Positions 1-11,200 of a stretch of 24,099 nt of DNA are shown here, one piece after another. Numbering within the stretch: position 1 is the stretch's first letter; the number at the start of each line of letters is the position of its first letter. The stretch comes from Ancylonema sp. Taxonomy: Eukaryota. The notes below the pieces were generated by a model. The model ran no database searches, was not told where the DNA came from, and saw only the letters and a list, made by a program, of their open reading frames with translations. The position numbers and the translations under genes are program-made. The stretch is taken from assembly GCA_050230475.1 (NCBI GenBank), contig JBFLGF010000127.1, positions 62,001 through 86,099 of the forward strand. The letters are read 5' to 3'.

Positions 1-2101
1 ATTCCCACTGCCTCCAATCTCCTCACGCACAAAGGAATCGCCAGATGGCGCTCTGGAATTCTGTCACGGTACTCTGAATTCGGAATTGGTACTTGGCTCC
101 TCCGAGAAGACCCCCACGCATAAACAGAGGTGGCTCCAGAAACAAGGTCTGCCATGGAGTGAGCAGCAAGGAGAGGTGCTGAAGAAACGCACTGCAAATG
201 ACACCAGACTGTTGCTAATGTTCATGTTCATGTTCTGAATGGTCGGTTCAAGAACACATCAGCCTCTGACACTCTGACACTCAGGCACCTGACCGTTGCT
301 GGATAGCTCACACTCACGCATGCAGATGCTCCCCTAGTAAAGATACAGAGAGGAGCTTGTAGTGGCCAACGTCATGATCGACCTAGATTATCCACCTGCG
401 CCTATATGGATACTGTGAGCAACCTTTAGTGATGGCAAGAGTATGTCTCAGGCCGCAGGCGACTGCAGACACGTGTCTCTCTTTCAGAGCCACGACGAGG
501 AGAGGCTCTGGTTGGGCAGCCAGATGGCCGAGGCCGAGCTGGCCGTGAGAGTTATCGCCACAGGCAAAAAGCTCGCCTGTGACTGCGGGTGGAGGAAACG
601 AGATTTGAGTAAATGTAGTGGACACGCTTCATGCATCGGTCTACATCTACCTGCCGGTATCTGCTTGAATATCAAATATTGGACAATAAAAGAGGCCACA
701 GTGCTGACACTGTGGTCCGCATGCACCTCTCATCATGCTCTTTCACCCCTTTCTTCTGCATGCACTCAAATAAATGCGAGAGGGTCTTGACACCACCCCT
801 CGAAATGCACCATCACTCTGCCTACATCTCTGTCTCTGCATCAGGAGTAGTGTCTAATGTCACGCGGGCAGAAGGATAAAAGAGAGCCAGGTACTGCGCT
901 TTGGCAATTGATCAATAGCAGTTGCTTCAAGAGATATATATGTATCTGTTATTTACCTAGCACAAACATGGTGTGGCTCCACCCAGCTGCCACCTCACGG
1001 ACTGTCCTACAGGCCATACCAGCAATCAGAGTTGGGATGGACACATTGCCACAACCCTCTGTCTCTTCTGCCTGGTCCTGTCCCCCTCCCCCTGATCCCT
1101 CAGATCCTCTTGCTGCAGAGGTGAGGTTATGTGAGCGCAGGATCCCAACTTCTGCAGGAGTGGACTGATGGTTTGCATGTTTTGGTGGGGAACTGGTGGG
1201 CTGTGACATGCGATCAGCTGAGCTGGTGTGAGGTATGCTGTCATAGTGCGGCAGGGCCAGTGATGATGCGGCTGCTGAGTCAGCAGAGTGGCTGAGTGCT
1301 CCCGCGTGGGCCGAGCCCCAGGAGTAGACACAGCCATACTCTGCACGTATGAATCAGCTCTTAGTACCAAAGCCGATGATGATGCGACCATGTCTCTCAT
1401 GGACGATTTTCGCGAGAATATGATGTCATACAGCAGACTGATTGAGAGGTTGCCCAGGACATATTCAAAAGATCGCTGAGAAAGACAGGCAATGTTGTGG
1501 CAGTCATGCGGATTATCACCTCTGCCTTCAGTGCTAAGATACTGAACACCAAGAGCATGAAAAGATACACATTGAAACTGGCCTCAGTTTTCTAAGCACA
1601 TCTGGCATATAGATATGAGTATGCCGGGTCCAAGTCAACGCAGTAAGGGCCCACACACGCAAACACGCATAAAAGCACAGGCACACACACAGTATACTGT
1701 TTTTTTATTTATCACGTGCATGAAGCCCGAGGTAAGATATTGTTGGCGAAAAGCAGGTCGACCGGATTCATGGAAAGCAGTCATGGACTGTCTTACGAGG
1801 TGTGAAAGCTCGCGTGTGATTTGATTTGTGCTGCTGTAATTACTGATAAGAATGCGTACATCTCAAAAGTCTCTGATCTAAAGCGTTCTGTGATTTATAG
1901 CTCGTTTGAGTAATGAATGTAAGCATGCTACTGACCAGTGATGGCAACTGCATGGCTCCCACCGCAAGCTATCATACGCAGACGCTCATCGGACGGGAAT
2001 TGAACGAGCATGGGCACATGTGAATCAGTGAATTGATCGCTTCCTAGCTGCCCATTGGTACCGGCTCCCCAGGCCCATGCATGTTCTATGACGTCGCTCA
2101 T
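1..2101 (-). CDS. RCC1-repeat (beta-propeller) protein, 3' end outside the window; exons 2101-1936, 1340-957, 582-424, 148-<1
   Basis: GT-AG introns, all phase 1, join into MSDVIEHAWAWGAGTNGQLG...IACGGSHAVAIT/EYGCVYSWGS...VAAGWSHTMFVL/VTGELFACGDNSHGQLGLG...VACGLRHTLAITK/DLVSGATSVYAWGS. These are successive RCC1 repeats, resembling the plant WSWGAGTDGQLG-type (SERGEF-like) subfamily from memory. The start is uncertain because a possible acceptor lies near 2132. Confidence 0.9.
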
Positions 2102-2834
2102 GCAATGCGACGTTGTACCAGATCCAGAATACTGTGAATGAAAGCCTCTACATCATCGGAATGATCAATGCGAAAGGCGTTACCAGCATCGTCTGGGTTC
2201 TAATTTTTTTCGCTACTTCTGCTGCAACGACGGACGAGGAGGTTGTCCCGCTGTATTGCAGGGGGGCAAAGGTGATTTTCATAAGATGTGTTAGTCACAA
2301 CATCCTTCAGCGGCGGTGGTGGATGTTACTGAAACTGGATATCAAGCGAGTCATAAGTGAGGCCAATATTGCCTACAACTTCGTTGTTTGTGCGATCTCC
2401 TATTCCGAACGTGTGGAGAGAGTGGTCGGTCTAGAAACTTTGTGAAACATAAGTTCACCTAGCATTCTTGTCGAAAAATTCGATGTACTCTGATTGGCTA
2501 TTTTGAGGCAGAGTGTGTGGTCAATCCCCAGAGCAATAATAAGGCCATGCTTTATATGTCATCAATTTTCTTTAACATTCCATATGTTGTCCAAGACACG
2601 TGGTGTTGCAATGGGGAAACATGCACATCTCTGGTGCTCAGCGCAACGCTCCACTTCGATTTTCATCGATGTTGATAATACCATCGTTCGAGATAAATAT
2701 TTAGCCTTCACGCTTGTAAAAATGTTGTACTACACGCCAGCAATAGACAACTAAGAAAGCTACAGCTTATTTTATGTGTCAGCACTAGCTTTTGCAAGAC
2801 TAAAGATTGCATGACTCTATCGAAGAAAAGTGAC

Positions 2835-2935
2835 AAGACCTGGTGATTCCGTATGCGTACGGTACAATTCTCTTATAATTACGGTAATCATGGATACGGA
2901 CACGTAATTACGCAAGGGTAATTCGGTAATTCAAA
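2835..2935. mobile_element. Possible end of a non-autonomous DNA transposon (ATTACG/GTAAT subterminal-type repeats)
   Basis: Cluster of ATTACG/GTAATT motifs like those inside the hAT element at 5954-6912. No paired TIR or TSD found; an N gap follows at 3051. Confidence 0.3.
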
Positions 2936-3362
2936 TTTGAAAAAGTAACAAGTCGTGATTGCGAATCGACCGCTGCCAGTCACCACCCGACTCGGGTGAA
3001 CCGAGTGTAACCCGACTGTGATTAAGCATCGGAGCCTATATGTGTCGCGCNAAAACATATAATGGCACTAAACGTGGGATGGTGAGTGGTGACATCGCTT
3101 CACAAAGTGCATGATGCAACATGAATCGCTTGGTTTCTCGTGTATCTCGTGTTATCCTTGTTCACATCTTGACTCGTGTATCTAATTTATTTGTTTGGTC
3201 AACATGCCTTATGCCTTACAATATGCCTTGTTTTATTTCGACACTTATTCAACTATGTGACACTATCCCTAATAATCCTCGAATATGTGGAACCTAGCTT
3301 CTTTATGTTATGCTCTAGAACCATACACACTTGTCTCCTAAGGCATGTATCTACAAATTTCA

Positions 3363-4320
3363 TTCTAGTGTCGTGGTGCTCCTGGCAATCACAGTAATGG
3401 CACTGCTAGGTACCACTATCAAGGTACTACTATTCTTCTGAGTCAAATCAAATGAACAAAATCTATCTACAGAATTGCCGACTTCTCATACGACTCTAGT
3501 CCTGCCTCTATATGGGTACTTCAATAACATATTCACCATTACTTGCTTTCCAACTTCCTATGTACGCAAATTTGCTCATGCAATTTACTTCGTCAACTTT
3601 CGTCAAAGAAGACTAAGTATCCTTTACAACCTCCTTAACTCTCACACATGAAGAATGCGGCGGACCTCCTTTGTAGCATTAGCCGTCTGCACATCAACAT
3701 GTAAAATGTAGTACATTGAAATTTCTGCCTCGCACCAAATAATAGATTAAATATGCAAGGGAACAACGTTACCCTTACAGAGGGACGAATTTGATTGCCA
3801 CGGCTTACCCAGCGATTCTGAGANAGTCTCTTATTGCATGTATATATAAGTTTCGTTCTAGTGTTGTGGTGCTTCTGGCAATCACAATAATGGCACTGCT
3901 AGGTACCACTATCAAGATACTACTATTCTTCCGAGTCAAATCAAATGGACAAAATCTACTTCCAAAATTGCCGACTTCTAGTACAATTGTGGTCCTTCCT
4001 CTTTATGGGTACTTCAAGAACACGCTCTCTAACACTTGCGTTCCAACTTCCTATGTACACAAATTTGCTCATGCAATTTACTTTCAAAGTAGACTAAGTA
4101 TCATTTACATCCTCCTTAACTCTCACACGTGAAGAATGCGGCGGACCTCCTTTGTAGCATTAGCCGACTGCACATATCCACACAATAGCATCAACATGTA
4201 AAGTGTAGTATATTAAAATTTCTGCCTTGCACTAAATATTAGATTGAATATGCAAGGGAACAACGTTACCCTTACAGAGGAACGAATTTGATTGCAACAA
4301 CTTACCCAGCGATTCTGAGA
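3363..4320. repeat. Diverged tandem duplication (~3363-3823 vs ~3856-4320) separated by the N at 3824
   Basis: Both copies start ttctagtgt(c/t)gtggtgct and end cccagcgattctgaga. Each carries the last exon of the small minus-strand gene (3686-3642 and 4167-4123). Confidence 0.93.
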
Positions 4321-5216
4321 CTATGATGGTGGTTGGTGGTTGCATGCCTCTGACAAATATGTGAGCGATAATTGCATCTCAAACTATTTCCCTTCAATAT
4401 TTGAAACCTTGCCACTTCTTACTAAACCACGGTGGCGGCTCAAGTACTATCTCACCTTCTCTACAATGTTGTCCCCCACCCATAACGCAATCTCAAATAC
4501 CTTTCTTGCTTGCTTATGAATGATTTGAGTCGGATGCACACTGCATGAAAAAGAAGTCCCGCCCACCAGAAAGATCACGCTTACAATCCTAGAAGCATGA
4601 GAGAAATAGATATGAAGATATTGTAGCTCTGATCACTCTCAATGATAAGCAGGTATTTTGGCAGCCTCTGATGGGAGACTTGTGAGTATAGAAGGAGGCA
4701 GAAAGGTAGATCGAAGCAGATGATAACCACAAAGATTAGATTGATTTCAACCAGTGGTGTCTGGTTGTATTCGACAGCATGGAATGCAGAAGAGCTCTCC
4801 ATTTGGAGTAGATGAACGCGTTAACGGAATCTTATTAAAGAAAGATAAATGCGGTTGAACGTCGTCTTGGATGAGCTAGCCGGTACTGGCAGGTGTCTCT
4901 CATTCTCAGCCACCAATCTTGCAGGTGTCGGTGTGCTGCTGCTACAGAGGCGCAAATGTACTTTCAAATCGAATCCCAGAAAAGGGCGCTGGACTTTGAG
5001 GCCATTCACTTCGGCGTATAGCACAGCAGAGCTGATTGAAAAAGAGAGGCAGTACACAGTCTTGGTAATTGACTGCCAGAGAAATTCACGAGTATGTTAC
5101 TTGACTGACTTACACGCCCTTTCATATTCATACCTGATCCACCCTGCTCTCTTGCAGGCACTGATGACCGTGACTGTCACAATTGTCTGTATGACGGCCA
5201 GCCCAATGATCCTCAT
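4123..5216 (-). CDS. Small 70-aa protein, DUF1748/mitofissin (Atg44)-like; exons 5216-5134, 4540-4456, 4167-4123
   Basis: Canonical GT-AG sites with compatible phases (2, then 0) give MRIIGLAVIQTIVTVTVISACKRAGWISVHPTQIIHKQARKVFEIALWVGDNIVEKSANATKEVRRILHV*. Size and pattern (hydrophobic N-terminal helix, KR, R...L..G[DE]...[DE].S) match my recollection of yeast Atg44/YIL156W-B. The last exon is conserved in the duplicate copy. Confidence 0.7.
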
Positions 5217-5953
5217 CTGTGTAAGATGACGGGTCAATAATCCCGGCACCGGAGAATTTTTGATTGAGACAGACACGGACACACAGTCTCCTCGCCCAAA
5301 TGCGTGCGCGTAGACACAATGAATGGTACGTGTGAGGGCTGTAGCGAACCAGGCGTTTTATAAATATGTGCAGATGGCAAAGAATATGGTCGTTCCTTGG
5401 GGCGGGAACCAGGGAGGGCTGTGGCGACTGGATGCGCATCCCGGCGCAGATGAAAGTTACCAGAACCGCCGATGGCGCCACACACTGAAAATGGAAGGGA
5501 AATGTTATACGCACGCCAGTTTTGTTTCTGCCCGTCATATACCGTTCCCCTGCTCGGACGCGAAATCAAGTCATCCCGCCCACGGCATATTTTGACGTCG
5601 GGTTGTGTTTCGCGATAGAGCGATTTATGCCCATAACAGCATGTCCTTGCGTGTGCGGCTGCTCTGCAATGGCAGGCGTAGGATGCAAGAGCATGAGATG
5701 GCAGGTATTACGAGAGAGCCAGCGAAACTAAAGGGTGCCGTTAACGATGAGAATACCGAGTTTGGCGTCTGGCAGCAAATTGTCGATCGAGTCTTGGCAA
5801 CGAACGATATATGGCGTGCAATTACACAAAGTGGCAAGCATGTAACATTTCCCGTCTGGCACATGTGACGATTATGCCTAAGATTTACTTATTGGCGCTT
5901 CTGACTTAGCGGACTCGGCAGCCTTTGGGAGATCACATCGTTTTGTTTGTATC

Positions 5954-6912
5954 TAGGGTTGCGACCCGTATGATTACGTTCACGATTACAAATTACGACC
6001 GTGATTTGTAATATTACTGGACCCCTAAGTAAGGCGATTACACGTCATCGTCAGGATTACCGATTACATCGACTTTGTGTGTAAATCGTAATTATTCCCG
6101 AAAGGTACAGTACGGATAAGTACGGTACTGTATTTATGTGGTATGGTGGAGGATGGCCCAAAAAATCAAAAGTGTTTTGCCTTCTTGATCGTGTCAAATT
6201 CCATTTTGCCAAAAAATAGATTTGCCCTCCCGAAATAAGTTCAGAAATCTCATTGCCGTTGTACGGAATATTCCTTATCATGATCATGACCCCTCGATAA
6301 GGAGCCAAAAAGTAACTAATCACTTTTCGGTCAGGGCCCTCCATTAGCTTGTTGTGCACATGGTTCCGTCAGAGAGAGTCGATTGCATTGCAACGGTCGC
6401 TAGCACATGCGATACGTGCTAGAACCGTACGTCTAGAGCAATCCATGGCCTTGTTATAGCTCTCCACTTCGAGGACTCGAAGTGGAGAGCCACCACTTTG
6501 AAAACTTAAGTTTTTGTTATATACGTGAAGTGGAGAGGTCCTAAGGGACGCGCACTTCACATTTTTCGCGAAAATTAGAAGTGGAGAGCGAAGTGGTGGG
6601 TCCCAAGGGATGCTGTTAACCTCCCCCACCACCGCGCGTTCCATTTTCTTCTGCGGAGTTGCATATTGTTGCTAGTCTTGTTTAGTACGATCGGCTCACA
6701 TATTTGTCGTTTTTAGGATATGTAGTTTCTTTACAAACACGTCCTTGTAATGAGATGGGGTTCCCGTCGTTTTTCAATAATATACAATTCTCTTTTCGGT
6801 GATTACTATTTATCGGCCTCAACGTAATTTTACGTATTCAATGTGAAAATTACGCGATTACGCGTTTAAAATACGGGGTCCGAACCCGAATTACGTCATT
6901 TTCGCAATTCTA
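5954..6912. mobile_element. Non-autonomous hAT-type DNA transposon (959 bp)
   Basis: Imperfect 11-bp TIRs TAGGGTTGCGA (5954-5964) and TCGCAATTCTA (6902-6912), 9/11 matching. Perfect 8-bp TSD TTTGTATC at 5946-5953 and 6913-6920. Many subterminal (G)ATTAC(G) repeats at both ends; no transposase ORF. Confidence 0.85.
6436..6615. mobile_element. Possible degenerate Tourist-like MITE with GAAGTGGAGAG repeats and a perfect 15-bp hairpin, nested in the hAT element
   Basis: Perfect inverted repeat GCTCTCCACTTCGAG-GA-CTCGAAGTGGAGAGC at 6459-6490, further GAAGTGGAGAG copies near 6527 and 6578, and weak GAGCA.../...TGCTG termini. TSD not clean. Confidence 0.35.
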
Positions 6913-7074
6913 TTTGTATCGTCTTGTGTCGAAATACATGCCCTTCAATGGCGGAATCTGCGCACTTCAAACTTGCGCAGTGGTTCAACACCTTGCGCGG
7001 GATAGATCGCAGTAGCAAGGGACAGATACCATGTCACTGTTTGTTGCGTAGCAGTGGATTACGAGTGAAGGACA

Positions 7075-7534
7075 ATGTGGCATGAAGCCAGGCGGGTTGA
7101 GAAAGTTGTCCATGGGCAAATGGACGCTGCAAAGAAGAGAGCTGAGCGAAGAGCCATATTTCTGGCGAAGAGGAGAGGAGATCCCAATCAAACCCTACGC
7201 ATTGTTGGCACCGTTAGCAGGGTGCACCATGACGTTGGCCTCTATCAGGCCGCGGAAGAGAGGCAGGGAATGTAAGCAACGAGGGTCGTGATCCTTCTAT
7301 CTGGCGTCGCTGGCCCCTGATTCTATATGTTTCGTATGTTCTTATTGTTATTCGCTGCTTCCATCTCCATGTAGAGCGCATATTTTCTGCTCAGTTTTGA
7401 TAGTGACATATTGCACCGCGGTGCTACTGAAAGAAGATTGCGTTGGTGTACCGTCACAATTCAAAATTTTCACTCTTCAAGTCATTATTGTGCAGGATAC
7501 CCTGGAACGGCAAGGAAGATAACCTGATCGACAG
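7075..7534 (+). CDS. CLASRP: Second copy of CLASRP exons 1-2 (7075-7271, 7496-7534), ending at the N gap at 7714
   Basis: Encodes the same peptide as 8290-8756 (MWHEARRVEK...QGMIPWNGKEDNLIDR) with intact splice sites; 11 substitutions, all synonymous. Confidence 0.85.
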
Positions 7535-7714
7535 GTAAAATGGCAAGGTTGGGTGCTAAGCCATCCAGCACGGTCCTCCTGTGTTTCGGTCTTCTAGCTG
7601 AAATTTCATCCTTGCCTCGGTGCCATTATCAAACATATGTATCCGATCAAGTCGATGCGCCATCGTATTCAGGAATGGCTCACTGCGTCAGGAATTGAAC
7701 ACGTCTCATGCAGN

Positions 7715-7889
7715 AGACGAAGTTCACGACCTCTGAGAGCAAAATTTTGAGATTCCCTCGTTACAGGCACATCTGCTCCACGGCCCCTGGCAAATATGCC
7801 TGTAACGCGATACCGCGTTACAGACACAACCTCGTTACAGGCACACTTTTTCGGTGTCCCAAGAGTGTGCCTGTAACGAGTATTTACTG
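7715..7889. mobile_element. Right end of a Tc1/mariner (pogo-like) MITE, left part lost at the N gap
   Basis: Five copies of CGTTACAG(G/A)CA in both orientations (7759-7878), ending ...GAGTATTTACTG|TA, the reverse complement of a TA|CAGTA terminus. Confidence 0.55.
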
Positions 7890-8289
7890 TACTTCGAATT
7901 TTTTTCCGAAAGGTACTGTACGGAAAAGTTTGGTACTGTATTTATGTGGTATGTTGGAGGATGGCCAATTGTTTTTGAAGTGTCGTTTTTCAATAATATA
8001 CAATTCTCTTTTCGGTGATTACTATTTATCGGCCTCAACGTAATTTTACGTATTCAATGTGAAAATTACGCGATTACGCGTTTAAAATACGGGGTCCGAA
8101 CCCGAATTACGTCATTTTCGCAATTCTATTTGTATCGTCTTGTGTCGAAATACATGCCCTTCAATGGCGGAATCTGCGCACTTCAAAACTTGCGCAGTGG
8201 TTCAACACCTGCGCGGGATAGATCGCAGTAGCAAGGACAGATATGTTTCTTTTTGTTCTTGCATAGCGCTGGAACAGGAGTGAAGGACA

Positions 8290-11200
8290 ATGTGGCATGA
8301 AGCTAGACGGGTTGAGAAAGTTGTCCATGGACAAATGGACGCTGCAAAGAAGAGAGCTGAACGAAGAGCCATATTTCTGGCGAAGAGGAGAGGAGACCCC
8401 AATCAAACCCTACGCATTGTTGGCACTGTTAGCAGGGTGCACCATGACGTCGGCCTCTATCAGGCCGCAGAAGAGAGGCAGGGAATGTAAGCAACAAGGG
8501 TCGTGATCCTTCTATCTGGCGTCGCTGGTCCCTGATTCCGACTGCTATCTATTTCGTATGTTCTTATCGTTATTCACTGCTGCAATCTCCATGTAGAGCA
8601 CAGATTTTCTGCTTAGTGTTGATAGGGACATATTGCGGGGCGGTGCTACTGAAAGAAGTTTGCGTTGGCGTACCGTCACAATTCTAAATTTTCACTCTTC
8701 AAGTCATTGGTGTGCAGGATACCCTGGAATGGCAAAGAAGATAACCTGATAGACAGGTAAATTAACAAGGTTGGGTGCTAAGCCATCCAACAGGGTCCTC
8801 CTGCGTTTTGGTCTTCTAGCTGAAATTTCATGCTTGCCTCGATGCCATTATCAAACATATGTATCCGATCAAGTCGATGCGCCATTGCATTCAGGAATGG
8901 CTCACTGCGTCAGGAATTGAACACGTCCCATGCAGATTCGATGGCCGGGCCCTCCTCGATTTTATTCGGGAGTACGACCCAAGGAGGCAGCCTCCACGGG
9001 AGAAGACAGATGAGGAGGAAGAGGGTGAGGAACGTGCCAACTATGAGCGATATCGAGATTTAGTGAAGCAGCGAAGAAGCGGATGTCAGTACCTCAGGCC
9101 CAAACTCTTCGCAGGCTGCAACACGCCTCCTGGCCTACCGCCCGTGTGCAATCCACACACGTGAATGGTCATGACAGCCGCCACACTGTCAAGGAACATG
9201 AACAGATGTCGGCATGGGCAGCCCGAAAGCAGGGTCCGCGAGTCTGATTCTTGTCCCTTTGCTGTCCAGTGACGGACCAGCAAGGGCTGGAGGATGTGGA
9301 ACGGGAGATCGAAGCTCGGGCTTCTGCACCCATCGCTGGTCAGGAGAGGCAAGTTCCTCGCAACTTCCTCGCAACACCCTGAGCTAACCATGGGAGCAGG
9401 TTGCTGTGACCCTACTCTGCTCCCCAAACTCCACTTCCGTCCGGAAAAGATTATTGCTTATTGCTTATCGCTTATTTTGAAAAGATTTTTGCTCAATAAC
9501 TGCAACGCATGTTCTGGAAATGTGCAGACAAGCAGCTCCAGGGAGTGTCCCCGCAGGACAGGGAGGGCAAGGAACATACGGGAAGGTGGGGTTTAGCTAT
9601 GGTACACAGGAGAGCGACCAGGAGTCGGAGGACAGCGAGGATGAGAAACGGAGCGCTAGCTCTCTGAGTAGTGAGGACAGTGAGGACGAGAAGGTGGTGA
9701 GCATAGGGCGCCAGTACGGCGTCCAGAATTTCAATCGCATGGTTTCTCAGGAAAGGAAGGCGAAGGAGGATGAGAAGATGCAGAAAGACGCCACCCGTGG
9801 TGATCCATCGGTGGTGAGTCAACTTTTTGTGCCTCTTTTTGGCGGTGTCAGAGCGAGTCGGAGCTTCTTTCCCACCGGTTTCTTCTCCACTAAATTTTTG
9901 GGAACCAGGAATAGGACCAGCCGTACATCCATTCCCTGCCAACGCTTCAGGCTTCTGCCTCACTCTGTTCCACAATGAGCAGAGTAGAGCCGCCTGTCTC
10001 CACCAAAAAAAACCCCGAAAATACCTCAAGAACCCCCCCATGAAAACCTTGAAAACCCATAGTAACCCAAAGACCCCCCAAAACCCCAAAAAAAAACCCC
10101 TCAAAAAAACGAAAAAGTCTCCTCATGTCTCCTCACGTCTCACGACGCCCCTGCTCCCGGACTCTGGCAGAAGAGATTGTCGAGAACCGAGCGGCGGAAG
10201 ATGGCGCGGCAGGGGAAGTCAAGGGACTACGATGCCATTGCACGAGCCATGGACAAGTTCAGCGCACCTCCCCCTCCCCATCCGCCCCCCCCCCCCTCCA
10301 AGGTCACCCCCCACCAGCCCTGCGATTCTAACACCTATTCCTGAACCCATTCCTGAATCTCCTCTACCGCCTTGCGCCTCTACCCATGCAGAGAGCGGAG
10401 GCGGAGCCCAACGGACAAACCTTATCCTGCCTCAAAAAGGTACGAACCGTCACAGAATGTGGCCCCCTGAAACAATTGTGATACGTTGACCGTGGCTTGG
10501 CCAGTCAGCTCATCGCCCTTTGCAACCCCTCCTTGACTGCTATGCCTCCACGAGCCTCCGCAGGTCAAGATCACCAGAAGCGCGATCGAGCAGACGGGAC
10601 AGAGATCGAGATCGCGATCGCGATCGCAATCGGGATCGGGATCGATCGGGATCGCGATTCCGAGAGGGGAGGAGAGCGCGCTGAGCGGGACCGTGGTGGT
10701 GCCCCCCGGATCGAGTTCATCACCGAGTTTGGCGCGGCAACGGACGGCAGCCAGCGGCCCCCCCCCGGGAACCCCTCCCCCCCTGTCACCCCGTCACCCG
10801 TAACTTTTCTGGCCGGTCGGACCCCTGCTCTCTCTCAGCACCTGCACTTTACGGGGCGGGAGCCGGATGGGGATGGGGATGGGGATGGGGATGGGGTGGG
10901 CATGCTTGGGGGTGGGGTTGGGGGCTGCCGTCTGTGAACTTGAACTGAGGGCGGGTCACAAACACACATGTGGCTATGCATGAGTCACTAGCACCCAACA
11001 GTCGACAGTCACAAACCCTCCTCACCTCCGAGAGATGAAGCATCACTCTGCATCCCCACAACCCCCCCCCTCACACTTCGACTCCAGGCCCCCCCACAGG
11101 TCTGCCCTCCCCGGCTCTGCCCCCATCTTGGAAGCGCTGCGGAGCGATCCTGCGGCTTCGAGGGCTCCCACACTCGGACTGCTCCCTACTGTCGCTGAGA

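Larger units (their letters stand above)
3051..7714. other. Single-N scaffold joins at 3051, 3824 and 7714
   Basis: Lone n characters; two of them sit at the ends of duplicated segments. Confidence 0.9.
6766..8935. repeat. Tandem duplication 6766-7713 vs 7982-8935 (hAT right end, promoter, CLASRP exons 1-2, intron 2)
   Basis: Direct alignment by eye; ~6096-6158 also matches ~7904-7967. Copy 1 stops at the N at 7714. Confidence 0.93.

Noticed and set aside
5323..5868. Several 70-110-aa ORFs upstream of the microprotein gene
   Set aside because: No recognisable motif or coherent exon chain; probably UTR or promoter sequence.
9493..10489. 203-aa and 220-aa ORFs
   Set aside because: Antisense or off-frame shadows over CLASRP exons and low-complexity introns.
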